Assembly (NCBI GenBank): GCA_964360835.1
Contig: CAYHYG010000001.1
Location: 3,105-63,611, forward strand
Direction of reading: 5' to 3'
Origin: an uncultured Gammaproteobacteria bacterium
GTDB lineage: Bacteria; Patescibacteriota; Patescibacteriia; UBA1558; 2-01-FULL-52-15
Length of the DNA: 60,507 nt
Part shown: positions 1-9,427 of the stretch, in pieces
How the letters are laid out: every line of letters begins with the position of its first letter
Position numbering within the stretch: position 1 is the first letter of the stretch
Position numbers and translations under genes: made by a program
Notes under the pieces: model-generated
The model's database searches: none
Told to the model about the DNA's origin: nothing
What the model saw: only the letters and a program-made list of their open reading frames with translations

Positions 1-23
1 AATGTGTCTTATGTTATGGGGGC

Positions 24-50
24 GGGGCGGGTTTCCCGCCCCCCGCTTTT
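24..50 (+). terminator. GC hairpin plus T-run, probable terminator of a gene left of the window
   Basis: Stem GGGGCGGG (24-31) / CCCGCCCC (35-42), loop TTT, then CCGCTTTTCCTTT; it lies just before the first gene start. Confidence 0.5.
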
Positions 51-66
51 CCTTTATACTAGGTGT

Positions 67-492
67 ATGATTAGAATAAAATACAATTTTTTTGTAGATA
101 TAAAATCCCTGTTTGGCACCTTAAGGTATAGTTTTTGGCTTAATAGAAATAACTATATTTACCATCTATCGCCTTTCCAATTACCCCATAAACTATCGTT
201 AAAGAAATTTGCGAACGATACACTAAAATCTCTCCCGTCTCATATTCCAAATCTTGTTACTAAGCCGTATATCGTTTATCTAGTCCATTTTGGAACCTAT
301 GGAAGCTACCACTACCCCAACCAGATCATTCTCAGTCTACACCAAACTCCAGATAAGGCAGCTCAAACATTAATACATGAGCTAGCACACCTCATGATCG
401 AGCCAGAAGTAAAAAGAAATAATCTCTCTCATGATGAGAAGGAAAAAATGGCCGAACTGCAGGAAACGAAAATTATTCAAAATAAAATATAG
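67..492 (+). CDS. small hypothetical protein with an HExxH (HELAH) metallopeptidase-like motif
   Basis: Same frame as track ORF 4..492; the ATG at 67 follows the hairpin and a TATACT box. IHELAHLM motif; no other domain recognised. Confidence 0.5.
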   Translation: MIRIKYNFFVDIKSLFGTLRYSFWLNRNNYIYHLSPFQLPHKLSLKKFANDTLKSLPSHIPNLVTKPYIVYLVHFGTYGSYHYPNQIILSLHQTPDKAAQTLIHELAHLMIEPEVKRNNLSHDEKEKMAELQETKIIQNKI

Positions 493-498
493 TTTCTG

Positions 499-837
499 AT
501 GCAAAAGATTTTTCAAGCAATCTGCGACAGTATCGTATTGCAATATTCACAGGACAAAAACGTCCTCGGTATTATGCTTTGCGGTTCTGTAGCACGAAAT
601 ATATCTGACCAATATTCGGACCTCGACATCTATATACTTCAAAAAAAGAGAGGGAACCTTTCAAGGAAAAATTTCCTAAAAAAGGATGTCCGTGTCGATA
701 TTATTTTTAATACCGTGCCTGAGGCAAATAGATATCTCATTGAAGAAAAAACTAGTTTCCGAAAAATGACCTCACACCTACTTGCCCATGGTAATATTCT
801 ATACCAAAGAACTGCTGCATTAAAAAAATCCAAATGA
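499..837 (+). CDS. nucleotidyltransferase (Pol-beta superfamily) domain protein
   Basis: GIMLCGSVARN...DLDIYIL matches the G-S-x(n)-D-x-D NTase signature. Stops 6 nt after an A7 run (822-828). Confidence 0.75.
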   Translation: MQKIFQAICDSIVLQYSQDKNVLGIMLCGSVARNISDQYSDLDIYILQKKRGNLSRKNFLKKDVRVDIIFNTVPEANRYLIEEKTSFRKMTSHLLAHGNILYQRTAALKKSK

Positions 838-1217
838 TCGCTGATCAAAACTTAAGAATTCAACCTAAACTGTCCCCTGAGGAGATCCTGATGCACAAAT
901 ATTCAATAGATGATTTTTGGGGCGAGGTTCAACGGGATGTAAAAAATAAAGATTACATTGCCTTTGGATTGGACAGTCAACTATTAGTGAATAATATCCT
1001 AGAATTATTTCTTAAGTTGAGTGGCCAATTTTGTCCACAACCAAACGAAATGAAGCAGACGTTACGTCAACTTAATAAAGACTTTGCTCAGCTAGTCGAT
1101 GATTTTTATACGACTCCTAAAACTGAGAAGAAACTGGTCATTCTGTCACAATTAATACGAACTATTTATAAAAAATCTGGGGGCCCACTGCCAGATACCT
1201 GGTCTCTAAAAGACTAG
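834..1217 (+). CDS. helical partner of the NTase (KNTase_C/HEPN-like) or the displaced C-terminal half of the same gene
   Basis: ATGA overlap with the NTase ORF; its frame is open from 795. Helical-looking sequence with no clear Rx4-6H motif. Confidence 0.5.
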   Translation: MIADQNLRIQPKLSPEEILMHKYSIDDFWGEVQRDVKNKDYIAFGLDSQLLVNNILELFLKLSGQFCPQPNEMKQTLRQLNKDFAQLVDDFYTTPKTEKKLVILSQLIRTIYKKSGGPLPDTWSLKD

Positions 1218-1315
1218 TCCCATATTCACAGCTCATGTGGATAGCCAGCGAAGAACCTGATTTTTATCAACGTAAGGTCGAGAAGCTGTACGCAGCACTT
1301 CCAACCTAACACTTG

Positions 1316-1341
1316 GGCCCGCCGGTCATTGACGGCGGGCC
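1316..1341 (+). terminator. hairpin after the NTase pair
   Basis: GGCCCGCCG (1316-1324) / CGGCGGGCC (1333-1341), 8-nt loop; weak T tail. Confidence 0.5.
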
Positions 1342-1366
1342 TTAATCACGATATTTTTAAAACATT

Positions 1367-2033
1367 ATGCAATACTATGAATCCAAAGGTCTCTACCTTC
1401 AAGAACACAAATCATACTTCACCAATGCTCAAACACATAGAGAAGTTATATATTTAAAAAAAATATTAAAATTATCTCAGAAAGATAAAATTCTCGATGC
1501 AGCCTGCGGTCATGGTCGTCATGCTCTACCCGTTGCAAAGTTAGGATTCAACATTGAGGGTGTTGATTCCTCGAAATATCTAATTAATCTAGCGCGTATA
1601 GAAGCTTTAAGAAAAAAATTAAAAATTGTCTTCCATCTTCAATCTTTAGAAAAATTATCATTAAGAAAGAAATACTCAAAGATTTTTTTAATGTTCGCTG
1701 ATTTTGGTGTCATGAATGGACCTTTAGTCATACGAAAGCTTGCACAACATATGGATCGAGAAGGATTACTGCTGTTAGATGTTGATAGTATCTATCGACT
1801 TCAGAGATATTTTAAAAAACCCTCAATCACCTTACGAATTAAATAAACAGACTTTAGTATTAACCTCAAAAAAAGAATCAAAATTGAAGGTTCAATATTA
1901 CAGACCACTGCAATTAAAACATATTCTGTCTAATCATAGATTTAAAATAGTAAATACATACGGTGACTACCAGCACGGAAAATTTTTCACAGTTAGTAAG
2001 CGTTGTATTATAATTGCAAAATATTTGATCTAA
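1367..2033 (+). pseudogene. class I SAM-dependent methyltransferase interrupted by a frameshift
   Basis: ILDAACGHGRH (SAM motif I) is in ORF 1367..1846. The C-terminal part (YGDY...RCIIIAKY) continues in ORF 1779..2033, in the +1 frame. The switch is at the A6 run 1814-1819. Confidence 0.7.
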
Positions 2034-2052
2034 AAATATTTTTGTTAACAAT

Positions 2053-2702
2053 ATGTTGTTAAAAATTTTATATTCTTTAGAAAAGGATATACAAAATTAT
2101 CAAATTATTGCCCACGCTAAATACAAAGGTCAAGATTCTAAGGTCTTGCAGTTTTTTAATAAGAGGTTTAGAGACGATTATAGCAATGAAAATATTTCGA
2201 AATTTATTGCGAGTTTCGTAGAGTATAATAAAATCGATTTTCAAAAAAAACTAGCGGAAATAATGACTTCCTGGTCACGAATTGAATCAGAGTACAAAAA
2301 AAGGATGGATGCTATATTTTCCTGTAACTACCCGATGCAACAACTAACCGCCTACCTGACGACAAATGACCGTTGCGCTATCGCCTCGGACTATTTCTTC
2401 GTTACTGCTTACCGCAAACACCAAAGAAGAATAATTTGTCATGAGATACTCCATTTCTACACATATTATATCTTTGGAGAGGATCTAAAAGCAATGCCAG
2501 AAAAAAACGATATGTCATCAAAGAATCGTTAACGGAAATACTGAATTTAGAGTTTACCGATTTGATAGAAGCTCCTGATGTTGGATATGCTGGTCATGAA
2601 AAACTACGATCTTTAATAAGTGATAGTTGGAAGAATAATAAGTCAATTTTACAGATCTTCAGGCATGTATCGGACAATTATGACAAATACATAGATATCT
2701 AA
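2053..2702 (+). pseudogene. hypothetical HExxH (HEILH) protein interrupted by a frameshift
   Basis: ORF 2053..2532 stops soon after the A7 run (2501-2507). Another frame stays open to 2702 and reads RYVIKESLTEILNLEFTD...DKYIDI. Confidence 0.5.
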
Positions 2703-2715
2703 TAACTGATAAACT

Positions 2716-2790
2716 ATGGAACATCAAATGTTCTACTACGAATCAAAAGGTCTCTATCTTCAAGAACACAAATCATACCCAACCGTGCCA
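2716..2790 (+). pseudogene. remnant 5' end of a second copy of the methyltransferase gene
   Basis: 2734-2775 repeats 1373-1414 (YYESKGLYLQEHKSY) with 3 mismatches. The rest of ORF 2716..3021 is low-complexity and runs through the tsf terminator. Confidence 0.55.
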
Positions 2791-2872
2791 ACAAACGAGC
2801 CAGACTCGGCATCTCTACAGGAACACGTCCCTACGTCTAAGTTGCCTTCTGCTACCACTTCAGCAGAGCCGC

Positions 2873-2903
2873 AACAAAACACCTCCGACTTCACGTCGGA
2901 GGT
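2873..2903 (-). terminator. intrinsic terminator of tsf
   Basis: ACCTCCGAC (2881-2889) / GTCGGAGGT (2895-2903); on the minus strand it is followed by GTTTTGTTG. Confidence 0.65.
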
Positions 2904-3010
2904 GTTCCATTTAAAAGCTTATACTGCTAGCACTGACAGCTACCGCCGCAAGCGCATTCCTGACCATCGCAGGAAAGAAGACCTTGGAGAAAGTTATTCA
3001 TATACATATA

Positions 3011-3784
3011 TTATAGACTAAAGAAGTAGAATGATTCAACCTCAGCGTTGGCGGCTTTCAAGACCTGCTCAATCGTTTGTTTGTCGTCTTTGACAAACGG
3101 TTGCTGGAGTAAGCAAACTTCACTGAAGAATTTTTGCAACTTACCTGGCATAATCTTGGCAATCATGTCTGCTGGTTTACCTTCGCTCAGTAATTGCTGC
3201 TTATAGATCTCTGATTCCTTGGCAATCAAATCTTGAGGTACATCGTCTGAACGTAGATAATCAGGACGCATAGCCGCGACGTGCATAGCGACTTCATTGG
3301 CTAATTCGGTTGTGCCTGATTTCAAGACAACCACGGCAGCTAATTTTTTATTGGAATGGAGGTAAGAGCCTTTGATGGCACCGTTGATCAGATCAACACC
3401 GGCCAGCTGAATATTCTCGCCAATTTTCAAGATTAATTCATTTTTGATCTGCTCCTCAGCTTTAGTTCGCACCGCTTCGGTACCTTCGGCTAGAGTCTGC
3501 TCGGCAAATTGTTGGGCCACGGCTACGAAGTCAGCATTACGAGCCACAAAATCTGTCTCACAGGTCAGACGGACAACGGCAATGCTTGTCTCTGTTTGCG
3601 CCAAGGCAATCACACCTTCGGAGGTCTGGCGATCGATACGCTTGGCGGCCATCTTTTGCCCTTGCTGTCGCAGGATGGTGATGGCTTTTTCTTCATCGTT
3701 ACCAGCTTCAACTAGAGCTTTCTGCACATCAACAATTCCAGCGCCGGTCAAGGTTCTGATTCGTTTGATTGTTTCTAATGACAT
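3011..3784 (-). CDS. tsf: elongation factor Ts
   Basis: N-terminal IKRIRTLTGAGIVDVQKALVEAGNDEEKAI (UBA-like EF-Ts signature); sits downstream of rpsB. Confidence 0.95.
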   Translation of the reverse strand: MSLETIKRIRTLTGAGIVDVQKALVEAGNDEEKAITILRQQGQKMAAKRIDRQTSEGVIALAQTETSIAVVRLTCETDFVARNADFVAVAQQFAEQTLAEGTEAVRTKAEEQIKNELILKIGENIQLAGVDLINGAIKGSYLHSNKKLAAVVVLKSGTTELANEVAMHVAAMRPDYLRSDDVPQDLIAKESEIYKQQLLSEGKPADMIAKIMPGKLQKFFSEVCLLQQPFVKDDKQTIEQVLKAANAEVESFYFFSL

Positions 3785-3806
3785 AATATTTATTTTTCTA
3801 ACTAAT

Positions 3807-4493
3807 TTATTTGCGAGCTGCGATGATAGCCTCAGCTATCAAGTTGGAGATCATCTCGATCGATCGTACTGCGTCGTCGTTGGCCGGGATCGGATACTGC
3901 ACCATGTCGGGATTGACGTTGGTATCGGTGATAGCGATGATTGGGATGCCTTTGTTGTTGGCTTCGGCTACGGCTGTCTCTTCTTTCTTGACATCGACGA
4001 CAAAGATGGCTTTGGGTAATTTGGTCATGTCTTTGACACCGCCCACAAATTCATTGAGCTTATGAGATTCCTTGGTCAGAGCCACTTGCTCTTTTTTGGT
4101 ATATTTCTTCCATTCGCCGCTCTTATTATCAGCTTCTAGGGTCTTGAGCTTGGTGAATAGTTTGTTGATATTTTCAAAGTTGGTGAATGTTCCGCCGATC
4201 CAACGTCCGATGATGTACGGTGAGTCACTCTTCTCGGCCGCAGCCTTGACGCCATTGCGTGCCTGCTTCTTGGTGCCGAGAAATAAAATAACGCCACCAT
4301 TGGCTACGATCTGACTGACAAAATCAAGAGCTTCTTGCAGCTTGATACGTGTCTGCTCCAGATCAATAATGGAGACGCCGTTACGCTTGGCATAGATATA
4401 CGGCTGCATCTTGGGATGGCGCTTCTGCACCTGATGACCAAAATGTACACCGCTCTTCAGCATTTCTAATGCTGTAGGTATAGTTGTTGACAT
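3807..4493 (-). CDS. rpsB: 30S ribosomal protein S2
   Basis: GVHFGHQVQKRHPKM and LFLGTKKQA motifs; conserved rpsB-tsf order. Confidence 0.97.
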   Translation of the reverse strand: MSTTIPTALEMLKSGVHFGHQVQKRHPKMQPYIYAKRNGVSIIDLEQTRIKLQEALDFVSQIVANGGVILFLGTKKQARNGVKAAAEKSDSPYIIGRWIGGTFTNFENINKLFTKLKTLEADNKSGEWKKYTKKEQVALTKESHKLNEFVGGVKDMTKLPKAIFVVDVKKEETAVAEANNKGIPIIAITDTNVNPDMVQYPIPANDDAVRSIEMISNLIAEAIIAARK

Positions 4494-4761
4494 ATTCTTT
4501 CTTTATTGTCCGCTGTCTAATTAAAATTTCAGCGGATCCTCTGCCACTATTTCTGTTATCATCCGTAGCCTTGGCCAAGGATGAAAGAATACAGAAACGT
4601 TATAGGCATGTGTGCTTCCTTGGTTGACCACGTTCGACGTGACAGACAAGGTGACTCAAATTGAGCATCAAGACAATATCATAAGCTGATTCTTTTGGCA
4701 AGAGGTTAAATAGGTAAAAGTTGAAGACTGTAAGGAATCACAGTCAAAAGAGCCGGCTGGG

Positions 4762-5490
4762 CTATTTATTACTTTTCTTAGTCCTATAACGTCTCGGCAA
4801 CTGGGTAAAGAGGGGCCTATACATATCATCTTGGATATCTATATGCAATTCTTGACGATTGATTCTATCACAAAAATCTACCTGTATATCCTCGATCAGA
4901 GCCAATGGCCGACGTTCATCTCCTTCGCCCATCACTACAACTGCAGACGCGGCCAGACTGTCAACTACATCCGTGCGAGAAAATTTGAACTTTCTCCCAA
5001 AGATATCCGGAGTACCACGATAATCCCTCACCCCTCGAAAGCCGGCATACCCAAGAGCCACACCCATCACTCCCGCCCGCAGTGGTATAGTGCGGCTATC
5101 GGTCACGATGACACCGAGCTGCTTCAGACCATATTTTTTTTTTAACATTCTTCGAATTAAGCCAGCGGAGCGGAAACTATCGCGAGGTAAAAGTATCAGC
5201 TTACCTTTGGCATTAGATTCATCAATGCCGGCCGAAGCCATCACCATACCATCTTTAATTGTCAGCCAGACATACTTAGTAGGGACAGCAAAGTCACTCT
5301 CTTGCCGAATTATCTTGATTTTCTCCTGAATATTTTTGACTACCGCGGTCCTACGTTCGGATAGAGCAATGATTTTGGATGTAACGACAACGATAGCCTT
5401 TGATTTTACCACCGGCAAATGCTCGACGATAAAAGCTATCAGATCTTCACCTTCTTGAAAAATACGAGTTTTGATGGGTTCGACAATCAT
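4762..5490 (-). CDS. CofE-like (F420-0:gamma-glutamyl ligase family) protein
   Basis: VVTSKIIALSERR, GIDESNA, LLPRDS, VTDSR and VVMGEGDE blocks are typical of the CofE fold. Confidence 0.75.
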   Translation of the reverse strand: MIVEPIKTRIFQEGEDLIAFIVEHLPVVKSKAIVVVTSKIIALSERRTAVVKNIQEKIKIIRQESDFAVPTKYVWLTIKDGMVMASAGIDESNAKGKLILLPRDSFRSAGLIRRMLKKKYGLKQLGVIVTDSRTIPLRAGVMGVALGYAGFRGVRDYRGTPDIFGRKFKFSRTDVVDSLAASAVVVMGEGDERRPLALIEDIQVDFCDRINRQELHIDIQDDMYRPLFTQLPRRYRTKKSNK

Positions 5491-6038
5491 ATTGGCAATC
5501 GCTTGATCTTATAATGAAGTAATAATGTCCCTGCTTTATTGAGTCGGCGCTGAGATATCAGTCGCAGTTGTGTTGTGATTGTGCCTCCGATAACCATAGC
5601 TTGTCCGCGTCCAAAGATCAGCGGCTCAATGGTTATATAAAGCTCATCAAGCAAACCTCGTTCCAACATAGTTCGATAGACCATAGCCCCACCGAGCACT
5701 GCCACTCTCTTATACTGCTTCAGGAGTTGCTTGATATCAACCCGTGCAGGATTCAAAAAAGTAACAGTACCTCTACGCTGAGATGTACTTATACGACTCG
5801 ACAAGACAAAAGTTGTACGCTGTCGCAGACGGGTTGCGGCCGCTTGATAAGTATTACGACCTACGATAACGGCATCAAATTTTTGCAGGGATTTTTGAAA
5901 AAAACTCCAGTCTTCCTTACTGGTCCAATCCGGCAAGGTTTTTTTGGTCAACGAGATACGACCATCTACACTAGTCGCGACGAAGACGACAAACTGAGTC
6001 TTAGAAGAGGGGAGACCTCTTGGCTTCATAATAGGCAC
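5487..6038 (-). CDS. RibD C-terminal / dihydrofolate-reductase-like reductase
   Basis: FVATSVDGRISL, VIVGRNTY, GGAMVY and LDELYITIEP motifs; ATGA overlap with the CofE-like gene. Confidence 0.7.
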   Translation of the reverse strand: MPIMKPRGLPSSKTQFVVFVATSVDGRISLTKKTLPDWTSKEDWSFFQKSLQKFDAVIVGRNTYQAAATRLRQRTTFVLSSRISTSQRRGTVTFLNPARVDIKQLLKQYKRVAVLGGAMVYRTMLERGLLDELYITIEPLIFGRGQAMVIGGTITTQLRLISQRRLNKAGTLLLHYKIKRLPI

Positions 6039-6726
6039 GGAAAGAAGGGAGTAGGTAGTGAGGGTTCAAAGGGAAATCAAGACGCAAGATCTGTTGTTTT
6101 TCAGCTAAACACAGGAGATTATTAACTGCCACAAAGGAAGCACAGATACCCAAAGCAAATAACAGACGCTCCCCTGCTACTACAGGGATCAGCGAATTCC
6201 AGACGGCTGCCGGGAGTGCAAAAGTCCAGATCCACAAAGCGCCACCTACAGCATGGGCGGTAAAGGTCGTACCTAAAGCTCGAGCCAACAAAAAACGATC
6301 ACGAAGAAAATAAGCTCCAATGGGTATAATCCAAAAAGCAGCGTAATACCAGACCGTTCTACCGATGGGATGCGCAACAAAAGCTACAATAGCGATCATA
6401 GGAATGAAGAGATTGAATCGACTTTTTTTGGCAAAATAAAGGGCAGCAGACATCATAGTAGCAAAACGAATTACCGTACCAGCATCTTGGATCTGAGCTC
6501 CATGCCAAAAAAAATTTAATAATTGCATTAAAAAAACCGCAACTACTCCCGATATACTACCAATAAAAGCTCCGGCAATAGGCGCGAATGCATCATAGAT
6601 AGTAAAAGTTACCTGTGATCCTGCTAACCGTGTCACTGGGATCTGTAAGCTGACACAACCCGCGATCGCAAATACGATGATGAAATACAACTTCCTTAGT
6701 GTCAGGTTAAGTCTAATGTGTTTCAT
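6001..6726 (-). CDS. multi-pass membrane protein (possible small-molecule or vitamin transporter)
   Basis: About 6 hydrophobic segments. Start taken at MKHIRLN (6726) rather than the track start at 6783. Function unknown. Confidence 0.55.
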   Translation of the reverse strand: MKHIRLNLTLRKLYFIIVFAIAGCVSLQIPVTRLAGSQVTFTIYDAFAPIAGAFIGSISGVVAVFLMQLLNFFWHGAQIQDAGTVIRFATMMSAALYFAKKSRFNLFIPMIAIVAFVAHPIGRTVWYYAAFWIIPIGAYFLRDRFLLARALGTTFTAHAVGGALWIWTFALPAAVWNSLIPVVAGERLLFALGICASFVAVNNLLCLAEKQQILRLDFPLNPHYLLPSFRAYYEAKRSPLF

Positions 6727-6782
6727 ATTGTCATTAGTATATAAAAAAACGCCGGAGGTGACAATGCCTCGGCGTCCGAACA

Positions 6783-7793
6783 CTAGCGTTCCATACTCTT
6801 GAGAACTTCCAGGTAGAGATCCTCGACGATCTTTTCTTGAGCTTTACCGCTGTGCGCATAGTGGTCAAGCCCAGGGGCAGAATTGATCTCCAAAACCCAA
6901 TAGACATCTGGCTTCTGGGTGATGTCACCGGCGATCATGAGGTCCACACCACAGAGGCGCAATCCCATGTCTTTGGTCACTTGAACGGCGATCTTCTTGA
7001 AAGCCATGTGCGCTTCAGCAGTAACATCGACAGAGTCCCCACCGGTCGAGAGATTGGCGTTGTCCAGCAGATACACTCGATGACCGCGTGCCAATACCGA
7101 GTCGAAGCTCAACTTCTGATGGCGGAGCTTCTTCAAGATCCTTGGATCGTCAGAATTAATACAGGTATCTCGACTCGAGGCGATGAATTGGCGTTGTTTG
7201 TATCTCAACAGTTGACCGATAGTCGACCGGCCGTTACCTACTACATTGAGCGGTATCCTCTGATAGACAGAGATGACTTTGTCATCGAGTACCACCAAGC
7301 GGTAGTCCTTACCGTCTACTGGTTGCTGCACTAGTGCGACACGATCTGAAAGAAACACCCTGCGCAGCGCCTGATACAACTCGCGCCTGTTGTGCACCAA
7401 CGTCACGCCGGTTCCTTGACTACCACTGTTAGGTTTAACAATCACGGGAAAGCCGAGCTTCGCTGCGTAGTGATATGCGGCTTCAATAGACTGATCGGGC
7501 AAACCGATGGCTTTGGCCCATTGGCGAGCAAAAAAGGTCTTGCTGCCGGGAACGATGGGATATCCCATCCGAGCCAAAAAGAAATTAGCGTAATCTTTAT
7601 CCCTAGCGACTTCCGAGGCTCCCAGTGAGTTAAGATCAAGGCTAGAGGAGCGAAAATATCTTTTTTGTCCACTCCGATAGGTGATCTGGCCAACTATTTT
7701 CCATTTGGGTTCCATCATTACAGTGGCCCCAATACGAGGAGCGACCTTCTTCAAGATCTGTGCGATTAGCGGCGTTATGTTTCGCTTCTTCAT
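6783..7793 (-). CDS. ATP-grasp ligase (RimK/CofF/cyanophycin-synthetase-N-like)
   Basis: ARDKDYANFFL...GYPIVPG, GFPVIVKPNSGSQGTGV and VLEINSAPGLDHY resemble ATP-grasp blocks. Confidence 0.7.
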   Translation of the reverse strand: MKKRNITPLIAQILKKVAPRIGATVMMEPKWKIVGQITYRSGQKRYFRSSSLDLNSLGASEVARDKDYANFFLARMGYPIVPGSKTFFARQWAKAIGLPDQSIEAAYHYAAKLGFPVIVKPNSGSQGTGVTLVHNRRELYQALRRVFLSDRVALVQQPVDGKDYRLVVLDDKVISVYQRIPLNVVGNGRSTIGQLLRYKQRQFIASSRDTCINSDDPRILKKLRHQKLSFDSVLARGHRVYLLDNANLSTGGDSVDVTAEAHMAFKKIAVQVTKDMGLRLCGVDLMIAGDITQKPDVYWVLEINSAPGLDHYAHSGKAQEKIVEDLYLEVLKSMER

Positions 7794-7964
7794 GATAGCT
7801 CCTTGGTTAGAGGTTAACGAACAGATTGATTAAATCATTATTCAATATATATAATAAAAGATTATATTTGTCAATAGCTATAGGAGTAGGCTCAACAAGT
7901 AAATGCAACACTATATCATTATCAGTCCAGTAAAGCCTCAAATCAAAGCTTAAAGCTCCTAGAG

Positions 7965-7993
7965 TTGACGAGATAGTTCTCTTCTGGTAATAT
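7965..7993 (+). promoter_or_regulatory. sigma70-like promoter for rpmE
   Basis: TTGACG (7965-7970), 17-nt spacer, TAATAT (7988-7993). Confidence 0.55.
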
Positions 7994-8020
7994 GCAAGCC
8001 ACTAAAAAAGATCACATTGT

Positions 8021-8311
8021 ATGAAGAAAAACTTACATCCTGCCTACTTCCCCAAAGCCAAAGTCAGCTGTGCCTGTGGCAATGTCTTTACCGTTGGCTC
8101 AACTCTAGAATCAATAAATGTGGAAATTTGCTCTCAATGCCATCCATTCTACACTGGCAAAGACAAGCTGATCGACACTGCCGGCCGTGTTGACCGTTTC
8201 AAGCGACTCGTTACCAAGAAAGAAAGCGAAGCCTCTGTGCGCAAAGGCAAAAAGGTCAAGCGAGCCGCCGCTTCTGCCAAGAAACAAGCCAAGAAAAAAG
8301 ACGCCAAATAA
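8021..8311 (+). CDS. rpmE: 50S ribosomal protein L31 with a Lys-rich tail
   Basis: [17 protein letters not shown] and [11 protein letters not shown]. Confidence 0.95.
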   Translation: MKKNLHPAYFPKAKVSCACGNVFTVGSTLESINVEICSQCHPFYTGKDKLIDTAGRVDRFKRLVTKKESEASVRKGKKVKRAAASAKKQAKKKDAK

Positions 8312-8318
8312 CTTTGCC

Positions 8319-8359
8319 AACTCCGACTGTGGTTGTATACTAACAGACGGAGTTTTTTT
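8319..8359 (+). terminator. intrinsic terminator between rpmE and prfA
   Basis: AACTCCGACTGT (8319-8330) / ACAGACGGAGTT (8343-8354), 11 of 12 paired, then a T7 run. Confidence 0.75.
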
Positions 8360-8365
8360 ATACCT

Positions 8366-9427
8366 ATGATTAATATTGAAGACCAACAATCCAAAGTCAG
8401 TCAGTTGGAAGCCGCCCTACAGGATACGGCTGTTGTTCAGGACCGTGCCCTACTGCAGAAAACTATGAAAGACTATCACGCGGCCAAAGAAATCCTGACC
8501 AGGTCCGAAGAAGTCGTGCGGTTACAAGGAGTAATTAAGCATCTGAAAAAAACTTTGGAAACCGAAACAGATACTGAAATGAAAGCTCTAACGGAGGATG
8601 AATTAACGCAGCTACGACAACAATTAACCACAGCCGAAAGTAATCTAAAACAGCTGACCCAACCCGCCGATCCCCAAGATGCCAAAGATATTATTATTGA
8701 AATCCGTGCTGGTGCTGGGGGTGATGAAGCTAGTTTATTTGCGGCTGAGCTTTTCCGTATGTACTCTCGCTACGCCGACCGTCATAGCTGGAAGACACAT
8801 CTCATCAGCTCCGCCCGTAGTGACATTGGTGGCTTTAAAGAAATAATTTTCGAAATAAATGGCGCTAATGTTTACAAACATCTGAAATATGAATCCGGCG
8901 TTCACCGAGTGCAACGCGTACCTGAGACCGAGAAGGCCGGCCGGGTGCATACCTCTACCGTTACCGTAGCGGTGTTGCCGGAAGCCGAAGAAGCTGACAT
9001 CGAGTTGAAACCAGAAGAATTACGCATCGATACCTTCATGGCTGGCGGACATGGCGGACAATCCGTCAACACTACCTACTCAGCCGTACGCGTGGTCCAT
9101 ATACCGACCGGCATGATCGTTACCTGTCAGGATGAAAAATCTCAACAGCAAAACAGACTCAAAGCCCTGCAAGTATTACGCTCACGTCTACTCGTAGCCG
9201 AGCAAGAACGTTTACATAAAGAACGATCAGATGCCCGCAAGAGTCAGATCGGTAGTGGTGATCGTAGTGAAAAGATCAGGACCTACAACTTTCCCCAAGA
9301 CCGTCTGACTGATCATCGTATTAAATACAGTGCCCATAATTTGCCGCTGATCATGGACGGAGATCTGGAGGAGTTGATCACTGAATTAACTTCTCGTGAG
9401 CATGGTGACGGCGGAGACGACGAATAA
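8366..9427 (+). CDS. prfA: peptide chain release factor 1
   Basis: GGQSVNTT (GGQ motif) and [14 protein letters not shown] (RF1-type tripeptide region). Start taken at MINIEDQQ. Confidence 0.93.
   Translation: MINIEDQQSKVSQLEAALQDTAVVQDRALLQKTMKDYHAAKEILTRSEEVVRLQGVIKHLKKTLETETDTEMKALTEDELTQLRQQLTTAESNLKQLTQPADPQDAKDIIIEIRAGAGGDEASLFAAELFRMYSRYADRHSWKTHLISSARSDIGGFKEIIFEINGANVYKHLKYESGVHRVQRVPETEKAGRVHTSTVTVAVLPEAEEADIELKPEELRIDTFMAGGHGGQSVNTTYSAVRVVHIPTGMIVTCQDEKSQQQNRLKALQVLRSRLLVAEQERLHKERSDARKSQIGSGDRSEKIRTYNFPQDRLTDHRIKYSAHNLPLIMDGDLEELITELTSREHGDGGDDE

Noticed and set aside
2791-3021. Remainder of ORF 2716..3021 as a real protein.
   Set aside because: After the duplicated 5' end the sequence is low-complexity Pro/Ser/Thr-rich. 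It also crosses the tsf terminator hairpin (2881-2903) and overlaps the tsf stop.
3444-4314. Plus-strand ORFs (3444..4019, 3509..3715, 3811..4065, 4072..4314) opposite tsf and rpsB. There are similar antisense ORFs inside dnaE, thrS, gatB, thyX, pheT, atpD, atpA, the helicase gene and others.
   Set aside because: They lie entirely within, and antisense to, confidently identified conserved genes, and their translations are low-complexity. These are typical shadow ORFs.
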